A program made the translations under genes and the position numbers. Shown in pieces: positions 25,891 through 38,725 of a DNA stretch of 64,000 nucleotides; position 1 is the stretch's first letter; every line of letters begins with the position of its first letter. Below the pieces are notes generated by a model. It did not search any database. It was not told the origin of the DNA and saw only the letters and a program-made list of their open reading frames with translations. The stretch spans positions 18,290,001 through 18,354,000 of the forward strand of contig NC_042998.1 of the NCBI RefSeq assembly GCF_006345805.1. The letters run 5' to 3'. This DNA comes from Octopus sinensis. Lineage: Eukaryota.

Positions 25891-26336
25891 TATTAATTGG
25901 GTGTCTGTGTGGCAAAAAAAGAGGCGCTCTTGGTCTTCTCCCATCTTTATCATCCTTGTATCATCCTCATTCATACCATTAATGTCTGTGTCCAGCCCGC
26001 AAGCTTTTCCCTGTGTGCTGCCCTTGTGGCAAATTTAATGAAATAAAGAAGTTTGGTTTCGGGCGCTTTTCTCTTCCCTCTTCCTTATCATCCTTGTATC
26101 ATTATCATTCATCCCATTACTCTCTGTGTGCTGCCCTTGTGGCAAATTTGATAAAATAAAGAAGTTTGCTTCCGCGCATGCGTTGTTGTCAGTGTTTTTC
26201 TGCACTGAACGAAGTGGCCACGCTGGTTTACAGTGTTGCAAATTAAGTGAAGCTCAACTGAAAGGTATGACTTTTGTTTTTTGGGTCCAGTGGTTGTTTG
26301 TTGTTTGCTGTATTAGTTTTTGTAGAAACAATAAGC

Positions 26337-27154
26337 TGTGGAATTCTTTTTCTTTTGCTGCGGTGAAAAATATTTCTTCGTTTTGTATTTACCATTTAAC
26401 GGTAAATTACTTTTTCTTCCTACTACCGTGTTCCCGACTCAACTGGAGTAACGCTTTCAGAACATACAAGGAACAGGAGTACCGGTTGGCCGGAAAATTT
26501 TTTTGAAGTAGCTGTTGCACTGATTTGAACTAGCACAGTGCAAAGAACTGTCATCGTGCCGAAGTGTGTTTTTTTATTCCTTCTCCCTTTCTGTCTTTAT
26601 GTTTTTCTCTCTTATCTTCTTTCTAACTTTTATTTTTTGGATTTTGTTTTTAATTTTTGACTTTTCATAATTTTTGTTGGAATTTTTGTTGAACTATTAA
26701 GAGAACGTTTTTAGAAAAAAAAACTGCATAGGGTAAAAGAATGTCATTGTTCACTTTTGCGTGAATTGTTTTGGTGGGCGGATTCTCTGCCTCCATAAAC
26801 TATAGAATTGCTTTTGCTGCAGTGGAAGAACACATTTTCTTTGTGTATTTACCATTTAATGGTAGATTATTTTTTTGTTTCTGCTACCGTGTTCGCGACT
26901 CAACTGGAGTTCCTGTTTTTGAAAATACAAGGGCCAAGTGTACTGGTTGGCCAGAATTTAATCTTTTGAAGAAGCTGTTGAAGTGATTTGAACTAGCACA
27001 GTGCAAAGAACTGTCGTCGTGCTGAACTGTTTTTTTTTTATTCCTTCTTATTTTTTCTGACTTTATGTTTTTTCTCTTGTCTCCTTTCTAACTGTTTTTT
27101 AATTTTATTTTTAATTCTTTATTTTTCATAATTTTTGTTGAACTATTAAGAGAA
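26337..27154. repeat. Diverged direct repeats (~360 bp; about 26337-26705 and 26800-27154, offset ~460 bp)
   Basis: GTATTTACCATTTAA at 26385 and 26845; GACTCAACTGGAGT, TGATTTGAACTAGCACAGTGCAAAGAACTGTC and AACTATTAAGAGAA shared. Confidence 0.85.
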
Positions 27155-27194
27155 ATGTGAGGTATATTTGCCATCTCAATATGGCTAAGTGATA

Positions 27195-27239
27195 CGCACG
27201 GACTGCAGTTTCTGGGTTTTGACCCGTCATCAGCGTACG
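27195..27239 (-). ncRNA. Minimal type-I hammerhead ribozyme candidate (family X)
   Basis: CGTACG-CTGATGA-C-GGGT(CAAA)ACCC-A-GAAAC-TGCA-GTC-CGTGCG: 6-bp stem I, canonical core, palindromic stem III ACTGCAGT, GUC site. Confidence 0.75.
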
Positions 27240-27310
27240 ACAATCACCACTTGGAAAAAGGATATTAATATTTGCATTGGGAACTCCTTTCATCGAAAAC
27301 CGGTGATCGT

Positions 27311-27355
27311 CCTACGCTGATGACGGGTCAAGACCCAGAAACCGCAGTCCGTGCG
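27311..27355 (+). ncRNA. Minimal type-I hammerhead ribozyme candidate (family X)
   Basis: CCTACG-CTGATGA-C-GGGTCAAGACCC-A-GAAAC-CGCA-GTC-CGTGCG; one stem I mismatch and one change in the stem III palindrome. Confidence 0.65.
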
Positions 27356-27589
27356 TATCACTTAGGTTCACGAGGGAAGGATGACCTTCCTTTGCAAATA
27401 CCGATAGGGCACAGAAAATGTGTCAATAGCCAGCTGGAGACGATGTTCTCCTGGGGCTACAAGCTACAGTAACATCTACCCTTAGTGGTTAGCCATATTG
27501 AGATGGCAAATATACCTCACATTGTCGTGCAGTTACTGTTTATACCTCGTTCAGATATTTATTATTAAGAGGAACTTTTTTAAAAAAGC

Positions 27590-28200
27590 ATGGAGAAAAA
27601 GAATGTCTTGGAATGGGAGCTTATCCCACCGAGAGAATGGATTAAGCAGCAAGAGGAGAAGACGGTGGTATTGAGAACATATTCGAAGGTCTCCATGCCA
27701 TCGCCGTGTTCTCTAAAGAGGTAATAGAAGAAGTGTTGAAGGACTACCTACCAAATGGGAAATTTATTGCACGGGTGTCGGATATGCAACGATTTGGTTG
27801 CTATTTGACACTCCGGAGAAAGCTCGCATTCTTGCGAGCTACCCCTGGAGGGCAATAAAACTTTGTTTCTTCCCAGGTATTATGGGAGGAAACTGACGCC
27901 GGCTTGGGTTTGCGTGTTGCCACCGAATTTAAAACCAGGCTGAATAGAGGACACTATACGCCGGGGTTTGGGTGGAAGCGGCACCAAGCTCCTTAATGTT
28001 AAATTATTACCAGTGGTTGATTGGGTCGGGGCAAAAGTTACTTTGTCCCTGTGAACCCAATCAATAAAGGAGTTAGTCTTTCCAGTCTTTTTAACTATGG
28101 CTAGGAGCAAGTACCCGGTGATTTTTTAGGGTCACCCCTACCAGATGTCATCGGTGTCTGGAACATGGCCATGTAAAAAAGAACCAAAGAAAGGTCCTGG
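27590..28200 (+). pseudogene. Degenerate retroelement ORF1/gag-like relic
   Basis: Frameshifted translation MEKKNVLEWELIPPREW...WVCVLPPNLKPG*IEDTI...KYPVIF*G, then C-H-R-C-L-E-H-G-H-V-K-K-N-Q at 28146-28187 (CX2CX4H knuckle, last Cys lost). Confidence 0.6.
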
Positions 28201-30157
28201 AGCAGTTTGCTGAGACCTCTTTAGAAGAGGGAACGGGGGCGGTCGAGAAGGCGCATGACTCCTCAAAGAAGGGCCACAAGACGAAGAAGGTAAGCAACAA
28301 TTGGTGCTCACCGTAGGATCCTAGGGATGAGGGAAGGGAGGCGGATCTCCCGGTCACGGAGGAAACCCAACCTTCCTCAGTTAAGAGGGAAGAAAGAGGA
28401 AGAAAACGAGAAACGGGTCATTGCCCGCAGTTGGTAACATAATACCGGAATGTCCTGGAACTTCCTCGGTGGGAATTGTGCCACCGACGGTGGAAGTGAC
28501 TACCTCGTCCCCCTACCTCGTCCCCGTAAGAAGATGAATTACTTGTTTTATTCTACAGAGGCGGAAAGGTGGAGAAGGTGTTGGAGAAGCACCATAAGGG
28601 AGAAAATATAACCTGCACACGGGATCCCGAATGGCCTCCGCGGATAGCTGAATAATATGAATTATTATATATAGGACCACTCAGTATCCTATAGAACCAA
28701 TAATACAGGAGTTAGGGATATTGAGGGGCGTACGTGAGAAAATCACTTTAAGAATATCATAAGATTTTGTATTGCGTGTTTCATTGAAAATCCACCGATT
28801 TTCTACACTTCACAACATACATACAAGCTCGCATACACACACATACACACATATATGCATATATACGCACATATGCGTCAACATCTGTTCACATGTATCC
28901 GCAAATATATGCGTGTTTTTCCTTATATTCATGATAAGTTTACGTATGTCTATTTCAAAATGTGGAGCATATCGAAGGAGAATACGAAAGAATTGGTTAT
29001 TTGATCTAAAAACCTTTTAATAAATTAATCAGTACACGCGGCCGGATGCGGTGAACTGTGATGAAGTCAATGAAGGATCATTTGGTGATGTTAAATGGAG
29101 GGACTTTTTAAGTGTATCACGTAAACGTGTTTAGTGAAATGTCTTCGCTCTGAGTTGCACAGACAGACTTGTAACGCGGCATCAAGAATAAAAGGGGGTG
29201 TATGAATCATATAACCAATGATGTTACCGATAAAGAAATTTGCATCATTTAGAATATTAAAAGAAAATAGAAGAACATTTTCCATTTCGTGATCATCAAC
29301 ATAAGACAAGTATTAGTGCTCAATCAATAGTAAGCATTTTAAATTGCATACTTCTTGCCATTCATATAGAAAATTGTATAAAAAGGAAACAATTCCCGGA
29401 AAGCATCCGGTGAGGGCAATTAAAATCGAAGAATTCCGTACCAATGTAATTTCCAATTTTCAGTTGGAACCATACATTTAGATGCATGCTGCTAACACAA
29501 GTCACGCCATTTCACTATAATTTTATTCCTTTACAAATTGCCTGTTTTACACAGGAAGCAAATCAATTCAGAAGAGATATTTTACAGTGTTACTGAGAAT
29601 TCCATCAGATCAAACTTTATGCTTACACTCCTTTTACACTTGCAAAACTTTCAATGCTTCAAATACACATTTCGAAATAAGAAATTTTAGAAATATTCAA
29701 ATCCATTTTAATCGTGTGTGGAAGCGTTAATTGTTGATAAGATGTTCTACTATTTACTAAGAATATCAGTATTAAAAGAATTTAAAATTGGTATGATTTA
29801 ATATAACTTTCTACTATAGATACATGGCTTCAACTTTTGTGGGTATAAGGCTAGTCGATTATTTGATCTGGGTGCTTGACTGGTACTTTCTTCATCGACT
29901 CCCAAGGGATTAAAGTAAATGTCGATCTCGGGAGAAAGTAAACGCAGAGCACAAAGAAGAAATAGTATTAAGGCAGCGAAGTGGCAGACTCATTACTGCG
30001 TCGTGGAAAGGGTTTCAGCTATTTCTTCCGAATTTACGTCGAGATGAAATCTCGAAATGATGAAAGGCAACATCGAGCCACTGGTATTTGAACTCAAAAT
30101 GCGTAAGATATTCATGGAATGTACCAGAAATATATTTATGATTTTTCTGATTCGAAA

Positions 30158-30616
30158 AAGGCGACGAGCTGGCAGAAACATTAGGACGCCGGGCGAAATG
30201 CTTAGCGGTATTTCGTCTGCCGTTACGTTTTGAGTTCAAATTCCACCGAGGTCGACTTTGCCTTTCATCATTTTGGGGTCGATAAATTAAGTACCAGTTA
30301 CGCACTAGGGTCGATGTAATCGTCTTAATCCCTTTGTCTGTCCTTGTTTGTCCACTCTATGTTTAGTCTCTTGTGGGTAGTAAAGAAATAGGTATTTCGT
30401 CTGCCGCTATGTTCTGAGTTCAAAATCCACCGAGGACGACTTTGCCTTTCATCCTTTCGGGGCCGATTAAATAAGTACCAGTTACGCACTGCGATCGATG
30501 TAATTAACTTAATTCGTTTGTCTGTCCTTGTTTGTCCTCTCTGTGTTTAGCCCTTTGTGGGCAATGAAGAAATAAGAAACATTAGCACGCCGGGCGAAAT
30601 ACTTAGCGGTATTCCC
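30158..30616 (+). mobile_element. SINE family E dimer plus start of a third unit
   Basis: Full unit ~30158-30390, headless unit ~30391-30576 (same junction as 9811-10229), partial head 30577-30616. Confidence 0.85.
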
Positions 30617-30804
30617 TCTTATATTTCTAAATCGCTAGGCACAGCCTTTATAACCAGAATAAGAGCATGCCTCTTCATTTCTTGTGTAACTGAGGGTCTG
30701 TCATTATCATTTTCTTAGAGTTAGCAAAAATGCAGCATTGACCCTAAAATATATGTTCTCAAATACCTTACGTACCCTGTGTATATATTCATACACACAC
30801 ACAT

Positions 30805-30841
<37 letters not shown>

Positions 30842-31096
30842 ATTTACAGGATAAGGGCAAAAGAAAAATTCTAATGCCGAATATGCCGAAAAAAAACCAA
30901 AAATTGTCAATAACCATTATAATTTATGCGTCTCGAAACAAACCGATAGAAATTTCTAAAAATCCGTTATTACCGTATTGGTCCCAATTTCGGGGTTAAA
31001 TCATAAGAATTTTCCCCTCTTCAGCGATAAATATGTGAGATATAAGTGAAATACTTACTCATACCCATGGAAAAATAATATATAATTTGAAAAGTG

Positions 31097-31131
<35 letters not shown>

Positions 31132-31136
<5 letters not shown>

Positions 31137-31868
31137 TTATGAAATAGGACAACAAACACCGAGGCATAACAAGCATCTCAAGTTATATACATCATTTAAC
31201 ATTATTCTTCAGTTAGTTGATGTGATACAGCTGTTTCTTGGATATCCCAAATAATAGGTGAGTATGCCTAAATATGGGTTATTCGGTCATCAGAGACAAG
31301 TGGAGAGCACACAAAAGATCTAAACATAGAAATATCCAGATAAAAGTTCGAGATGTGGAAAATTCGCAAATAATAAGCAATGGAATGGAAGAATAGGGAG
31401 TAAAGGAATAAGGAAATAAAGTCATTAGGAAATATGGTCATTCTCGCACAAACCAGCCATCTCTATATGAACATATCATTCCCATCTCTGACAAAATATT
31501 AGCGGGATATTTATGCTGTGAATATACTATTCATTCTTTGCCGTAGTACTGCCTGCATTTACCTTGGATTTTACCGAAGGACATGCGGACTAACACCTAT
31601 ACCCTCTGCAAAATGAACCGTGAACTTTATTTCCTTATTTCCTTACTCTCTACTCTTCCGTTTCATTGCTTATTATTTGCCAATTTTCCATGTCTAGATC
31701 TTTCATATGCTTTCTACTTGTCCTATATTCAGGCATACTCACCTATCACTTGGAATATCCCAGAAATAGCTGTAAGATCTCAACTAATGTAAGAATAATG
31801 CATAATAATGTATTTGACTTCAGATGTTTCTTATGCCTCGGTGTTCCTTAACCTCTTTCATAAATATA
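31132..31868. mobile_element. Old fold-back element with diverged inverted arms (about 31132-31421 and 31625-31868)
   Basis: AACACCGAGGCATAA, ATAGGTGAGTATGCCT, CAAATAATAAGCAATG and AATAAGGAAATAAAG occur in the left arm and as reverse complements in the right arm. Confidence 0.75.
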
Positions 31869-32063
31869 TATCTGCTAAATCAGAAACCTAAAATGGATCC
31901 ATAGTTCCCGTCTCAGTTACGTTCTTGGAAACCTGATAATCCGTTACACCCCTTACCCAGCGTACCTATTCGTTTAGATCACAAGAGAACTAAACCCCCA
32001 TCTTCTGTATATCTGCTTGTATGTATGTATGTATGTATGTATGTATGTATGTGCGGATGTACG

Positions 32064-32092
<29 letters not shown>

Positions 32093-32095
<3 letters not shown>

Positions 32096-32219
32096 ATTTT
32101 ATAGAAGGAGCTTCTACAGGACTAGAACTGTTTCATTCAAAAGAAATCATCAGGAAGCCTGATGATTTCTTTTGAATGAAACAGTTCTAGTCCTGTAGAA
32201 GCTCCTTCTATAAAATAAA
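32093..32219. repeat. Perfect inverted repeat (62-bp arms, AAG loop) containing an HHR-like core
   Basis: Arms 32093-32154 and 32158-32219 are exact reverse complements; CTGATGA (32159-32165) ... GAAAC (32178-32182) ... GTC (32190-32192). Confidence 0.9.
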
Positions 32220-32285
32220 TTAATTTACTCTGCTATGTATTGAGTACCTTATTTACTGTGGTTAACCCCGACTCAACCCGGAACC

Positions 32286-32368
<83 letters not shown>

Positions 32369-33306
32369 GTGTGTATGTGAGTATGTGCATATGTATGTTC
32401 ACATATACGAATGTATATGTGAAAATGTTAGCTTTGGAATATCAGCTAAAATATTACTCGTCTTAATTCATCAAATAGCGTAGATACAGTAATATCCATT
32501 CTGAATTTACTCCGACTTACAGTATAATAAACCAAAAATTGAAAATTTGTTCATTAACCAACAAAAATATTTCATATATTTCGCTGTACTTGCTTTAAAT
32601 ATACAGTCAGTCATTCTAGTCTTCTTGTGATAGCTAATCGATCAATATTGAGGAAATTTATTTTATTTCAATCTAACATATTCCAATAAGAGACTTTCAA
32701 GGTAGAATGGTATGAAAAAAAAATTACAAATTGACATCATTTTACGTAACATTTCTATGTCTTCATTACGTATCAACTTCTGAATAAGCCTGTTATTGTG
32801 AACCAGAGTTTGTAAGAAACCACATATATGTAATTGATTCAGAAATATTTCTCACATACCTTAATGGTTCTTTCAGGCTGTCTATAGGTTTGAGTTATGA
32901 AGTGTATGATATAACAATATGCGTGCAGCATTCCTTCTGACTTGAGTATGGTGCTATAATTTATAGTAAATTGAAAATGCATAGTATAACACTTAAAATA
33001 ACCTGAATAGCGACAAGAAATTAATATAACTAAAATGTCTAAATTAATATCTAAACCAGCTTATTGCAAGTAATATGTGTTTGCGTCACCAACATTGCTT
33101 AATATTGATGTTCGAGTAAGGAGGAATGTCTAATGTAGCTGTAATGGTGGAGTAGTTTCATTTCTCATTCAGAAATGTTTCATGACAGATGCATTGTCTG
33201 TGGTTTATGTTTTTAATTTGCAATAGCTTTTGATTACAACGGAAAATAGGAGATACATTTCACGTCAAAATGAACCGTAGTTTCTGAAGAGATATTTTGC
33301 CAATTA

Positions 33307-33489
33307 CGAGGCTGTGCTGAAAAGTTCTTGACTTTAAGCGTGTCGCGAAAGGCCTGGGTGAAGGCATAAACTTCCGAATTCTTGTAAACAATTGAAGAAC
33401 TGCTGAAATAAATGTTGAATAAAATCATAATTGACTGACTCTCCTGTATATTCTTTTACCCCAAACCAGGAACTTTTCAGCACACCTTG
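33307..33489. mobile_element. Tc1/mariner-type MITE (183 bp, TA TSD)
   Basis: TA-CGAGGCTGTGCTGAAAAGTTC ... GAACTTTTCAGCACACCTTG-TA. Confidence 0.8.
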
Positions 33490-34499
33490 TATTTCTTATA
33501 ATGTAATTCACAGATGATTTATTTCCTTCCAACTTGTCACTATATATGATGTTTTGATTTGCATCCACTTGTCCAAGAACGAAGGTATTAGGAAACAGAA
33601 TGGGTGTTATTAAACCACTATAATTAGTTCAATTCCTCTGACTTAAACATCACACGTGAATTGAAAGAGAAACTCTAAATTCACTGTAAATTAAAGAGAA
33701 ATAATTACACTTTTCAATCTCTAATATTCTACTACATTGTTGTATTTATAACAAAATTGCAATCGGATTATATATACATAGATTATACAGTTTCTGTGAA
33801 GTAGTATCTACAGAGGGAGAGATGCGAATAAGCTTTAGGTACACTGTACCAACAAACGAGCAGAGATAATTTGGATTAATAAGTTGTAAATTTGTATTTA
33901 TTAATATTCTCTTCTCTAAGATGAATATCAGAAATATGTGTTGAAATGCACTTTCCACTACAAAATAAATGTTGTAATATTCATTATTCCAGTTATTTGT
34001 AAGATTTGTCAGGAATGTTTATTATTTCTCCTAGCCAATAACACTTGATTTTATTTGCTGCGAAATGAATGTAGTTCGTGAAATTCTTTCATATTAATTG
34101 TAATGACAGATACAAAAAGAAACGTTTAACCAATAAGTAATAAAAGGCATTATACCGTTGCCTCTCAATTACATGAATTTCGTGGTGGATCGTCAGAAAC
34201 ATCGAATTGATTTTGATATCTCATCAACTACGATTAAATCATTCATTGCGTTGACATCCTCATACAGTGGTATTCTTCTTAACACAACTCAGTGTAGACA
34301 AAGCATAGAAAAGAAATCTTGAGAAATTGCTTCAGCGAAATAATTATGCATTTATTATACAACAACAATTTATTTTGTATTCATTTCAAATTTAGAAACA
34401 TCAAAAACTATATTTTTCAATTAACAATTTGCTCTGACTTACATAAAAAACAAGAATAGACAAAATATTTCAAACATATCTTTTGAATTTCTACAAGCT

Positions 34500-34669
34500 G
34501 CGTATATACATATACATATAAGTATATTTATATGCATATATATGTGTGTATATATATGTATATATATGTACATATATATAATTATATTTATATACATGCA
34601 TACATATATATGTAGATATACATACATATATATATATACATAGATATAATATATATATAATAATATATA

Positions 34670-34739
<70 letters not shown>

Positions 34740-34855
34740 TATATACTTATATATATATTCATATACACATATATATACATACGTACATATATATATCTAT
34801 ATACATATATATGTATATATATAAATACATATATATACATATATATGTATATGTG

Positions 34856-34899
<44 letters not shown>

Positions 34900-34970
34900 A
34901 TATATATATAAGTATGTATATATACATATCCCGTGTATGCATGTATGTATATATGTATTATATCAGATAA
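34500..34970. repeat. Compound (TA)n/(CA)n microsatellite
   Basis: Read directly. Confidence 0.9.
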
Positions 34971-35971
34971 ATAAAATTAGAAAAAAATCTTGACACATGA
35001 TGAAGCTTGTTTTGAGAACATTTTGAAGCTGCAAAATCTGTTCCAAAACCAAAACGCTGGAAAATGTTAATTACTGATAGACGTCATTAATTAACTTGCA
35101 TTAAGTTTTTCTATTATTTATTTTCATGTGCTTGTCTAATTGTTTTGTTTCAAATTTATTTATTGTATCAATATAACATTTTTCCCGTTTCAATATTTTT
35201 TAAAGAGGATTAACTAAATATGCAATGTTTCATCTGAAAGAAAACGCCATCAGCAAAGTACAAACAAATGATTGGTAGCTGAACCGCTTGATGCTGCTGC
35301 CACGCAAATATGTTTTTTTTTAATAATTTTTTGTATTTTTTGTAATCATTTTCAATTTGTTCAATGTAATTTGTTTTTGTTGTTTTTATTTAACATGATA
35401 TTTTTTCCAGTAGACGAGGAAAACTGTCAAGCAATAGTTATTATGTTAGGAGCACAGAACATTGTTTCAGATATGTGAAAACATTTACATGAAATGTTTG
35501 TAATTTTATATTTTTCCCCATACAGGAAAATGTATTTGGATTTTTACAATATGGTTACAAATGAAATTGTTCTATTTCAATTATCATTAGATAACAGGCT
35601 TTCACAGACTCAGTTTGATGATTAACAAGAATTGAAGATATACTTCGAAAATTCTAATAATTTTCTTATGTATGTTTTGTTCTTTGTAAAACAAACGTTT
35701 CTAATAATGAAATTAGTTTTGAATTTTAACATAAAAGATGAAAATAATACTATGATACATCTACCATGAAAGCTGATTTCAAAATCTTCAAACATCGAAT
35801 GTCTCTATTATTATTTTCATTGGCATTGCTCCTAGGCAAACATTGTTAATGCCACAATAACCAATTATATAAAACTCGGCAGAATTTTGATAACGCTTCC
35901 TAAATTTTACATTTTAAAGAGAAAATTTAGACACTTTTGATTAATATACTATTATTATTGTTATTGTTCTC

Positions 35972-36020
<49 letters not shown>

Positions 36021-36889
36021 TTGTTGTTGTTATCTTTTGTAGTATTATTATTAGCAGTGGTAGTAAAAGTTGTAGTTGTATTAGAGGTCTCCTGTGTAAA
36101 CACATGATATAGAAATATACTGAAGGAAGCACCGAGACACAGACATAGAATTATGCGTGTGAGAGAGAGAGAGTGTGTGTGTGTAGTAGTGTGTTTGTCT
36201 ATATGAGAGTGAATATGTGTGTGCATATAATTTTATTCATATTAGATGGATGATTTATTACCGTTCACAATGTTATTTAAATTGAGGGCTTTTGGAGAAG
36301 TATATGAAAATTCGTTCAATATGAATATAAAGCATTAAGTGTAATATATGAAAGAGCTATAATGATCATGTTGCTGAAACCAAGATAAAAACACTCCAAA
36401 ATATAAATAAAAAGACGAACATGTTACATATATTTCAATTGTGAAAGTTCTTCACTGTGATTAAAATTCATTTGAGTGGAATTAAACATTAAAAAAATTA
36501 ACAGTACACAACGAAAAATAGATAAAATTCTCACAGATCAGGTTTGTTTTTGTCTTTTTTAATATATATGATTTTAAATTGCCCATAATTTCAAATAATC
36601 TGAAGGTAACTTAGCATGATGTTATTCATAAATTCACATTCGCAGAAAATAGTTTTTCCTTTAACAAAGTATAAGAAAGAGTAGAAGCACTACCAAATTA
36701 AAATTTTGAGTCAAAATTATTTTCTGTAAAACAGCTGAAATAATTGTGCGTTTCATACTTATATTTTTACATTGAATTGATAACTTAGAATCACAGATCT
36801 GTACTTCTACTTCATTTAACTACTTTTTGCGACCAAATAAATGGCAGAATGGAATGCATACATCTCATTCAGACACAAACACATACGCA

Positions 36890-37109
36890 TACGATGCCAC
36901 CATATATATACATATAGAGATTTATACATACACTAACACACTAAAACAGACACTCCCACACAAACACATACATAAACATACATACATACACACATATATA
37001 TGTATGCATATATACATTGTGTATATATAAATATGTATATGTATATACATATATATATATACATATGCATGTATATATACATATCTATACGTATATATAT
37101 GTGTATAGG

Positions 37110-37189
<80 letters not shown>

Positions 37190-37410
37190 GTATAGATACA
37201 TACATTCATATATATGTATATATATATATACATATATAAATATATATACATATATACATATATAGATATATATACATATATAAATATATATATATATATA
37301 CATACATATATATATATAGATATATACATATATAAATATATATATACATATATAAATATATATATTTACACACACACACACACACGCATATATATATATA
37401 TATATATTTA
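36890..37410. repeat. Compound (TA)n/(CA)n microsatellite
   Basis: Read directly. Confidence 0.9.
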
Positions 37411-37988
37411 CGATCTTAGCGTATTACAAAAATCGAAATTACTTGGAACTGCATTTTGTGTGGCCATACTTCTCTTCCAGAATATGGAAAACCAATCTTT
37501 GCGAGACGTGCTTTTTGGCTGTTTATCGAGCTTCAGTGAAGGGTGGAGGGTGTCATTGTAGTCTTCCATCTTTCCAGTCGGACATAAATAATTTTACAGA
37601 CATTATTAAAATCAGTAAATCTTATTACTTTCTCGCACGATGGAAGATGACCGCTCCACTGGGTATGTTTATATTGGATTTCGAGGAGTTGACTGCGCAA
37701 TTTCATTAGTCCTGTTGCATATTTACTAGACACATATATGATCGTAAACATAATATATGCTTACATATGCATATTGCTATGAATCTTCATGGGAGACAAC
37801 GCCTGATTTGTTCTAGAGATTGTTTTAAAGATCTATGGAACAATACAATGCCCACTATATATCGGCGGGATTTGAACTCAAAATATATAAGGACACTCCT
37901 CTACTCTACAAGGCATTATGCCTGGTCAGCTAATGATTTTTCTAATCTATACCCAATAATCATAATGATGTGGATGATGATGATGATG

Positions 37989-38021
<33 letters not shown>

Positions 38022-38039
38022 TAATAATAATAATTCTAC

Positions 38040-38208
38040 TACAAGCTTGAGGCCTGAAATTTTGGGATGGAGAAAGACGATTGACCCCGGAAAGGATGAA
38101 AAGCAAAGTGGACCTCGGTCGAATTTGAACCCAGAAGGAAGCGTCAGACGAAATGCCACTAAGCATTTCGCCCGACGTGCTAATGATTCTGTCAGATCGC
38201 CGCCTTAG
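38040..38208 (-). mobile_element. SINE family E variant (short tail) between (TAA)n tracts
   Basis: AAGGCGGCGATCTGACAGAATCATTAGCACGTCGGGCGAAATGCTTAG head; TTTCAGGCCTCAAGCTTGT tail. Confidence 0.75.
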
Positions 38209-38217
38209 ATAATAATG

Positions 38218-38262
<45 letters not shown>

Positions 38263-38283
38263 TTAATAATAACATCAACAACA

Positions 38284-38643
38284 ACAAGAGCGCTCAGAGA
38301 GCGCAAACCTCCGCCATGGCAACATCAAAGTTCACTCAAGAGATAATTCTGAAAATGAGAATAACTTAAATTAACTCGACTGCTCCCACAAACGAGAATA
38401 CAAAAAGTGAACCCGACCGCTCTCAAAAATTAAGTGAAAAAAAAAAGCAGGAAAATTAATCCAGAATCCTTGTCCGGTACCGGGTCGATCCAAGAATTTA
38501 GTCAGTTCTTGCTAGACATAAGGCCAAACAACCCTGAAAGTTGCATAAGAATCTATCCAGCAGTTCTTGAGATATCTTGTCCACGGTCAAACAAATAAAT
38601 AAACACGACTGATAACAATACCTCCGCTTTCGCTAAAACGGAA

Positions 38644-38647
<4 letters not shown>
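38284..38647. mobile_element. Helentron-associated (HINE/DINE-like) non-autonomous element
   Basis: One end has hairpin GCGCTC-AGA-GAGCGC followed by ACCTCCGC; the other has palindrome TACCTCCGC-TTTCGCTAAA-ACGGAAGTA, whose arm repeats ACCTCCGC (subterminal IR layout). Confidence 0.55.
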
Positions 38648-38678
<31 letters not shown>

Positions 38679-38725
38679 TAGTAGTAGTAGTAGTAGTATT
38701 AGTAGTAGTAATAGTAATAATAATT

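Larger units (their letters stand above)
27155..27566. mobile_element. Family X inverted pair: internally deleted copy (+, 27155-27248) and a nearly full unit (-, 27253-27566)
   Basis: 64-bp inverted arms 27185-27248 and 27302-27365; homology to 61928-62426 across the unit junction. Confidence 0.8.

Noticed and set aside
26337-27154. Direct repeats as LTRs of an LTR retrotransposon or as a CRISPR-like array
   Set aside because: No TG...CA ends, PBS/PPT or pol between them; only two long diverged units, in eukaryotic DNA.
37412-37452. [14 protein letters not shown], resembling a Dong-type LINE C-terminus
   Set aside because: Only ~14 codons with no supporting flanks.
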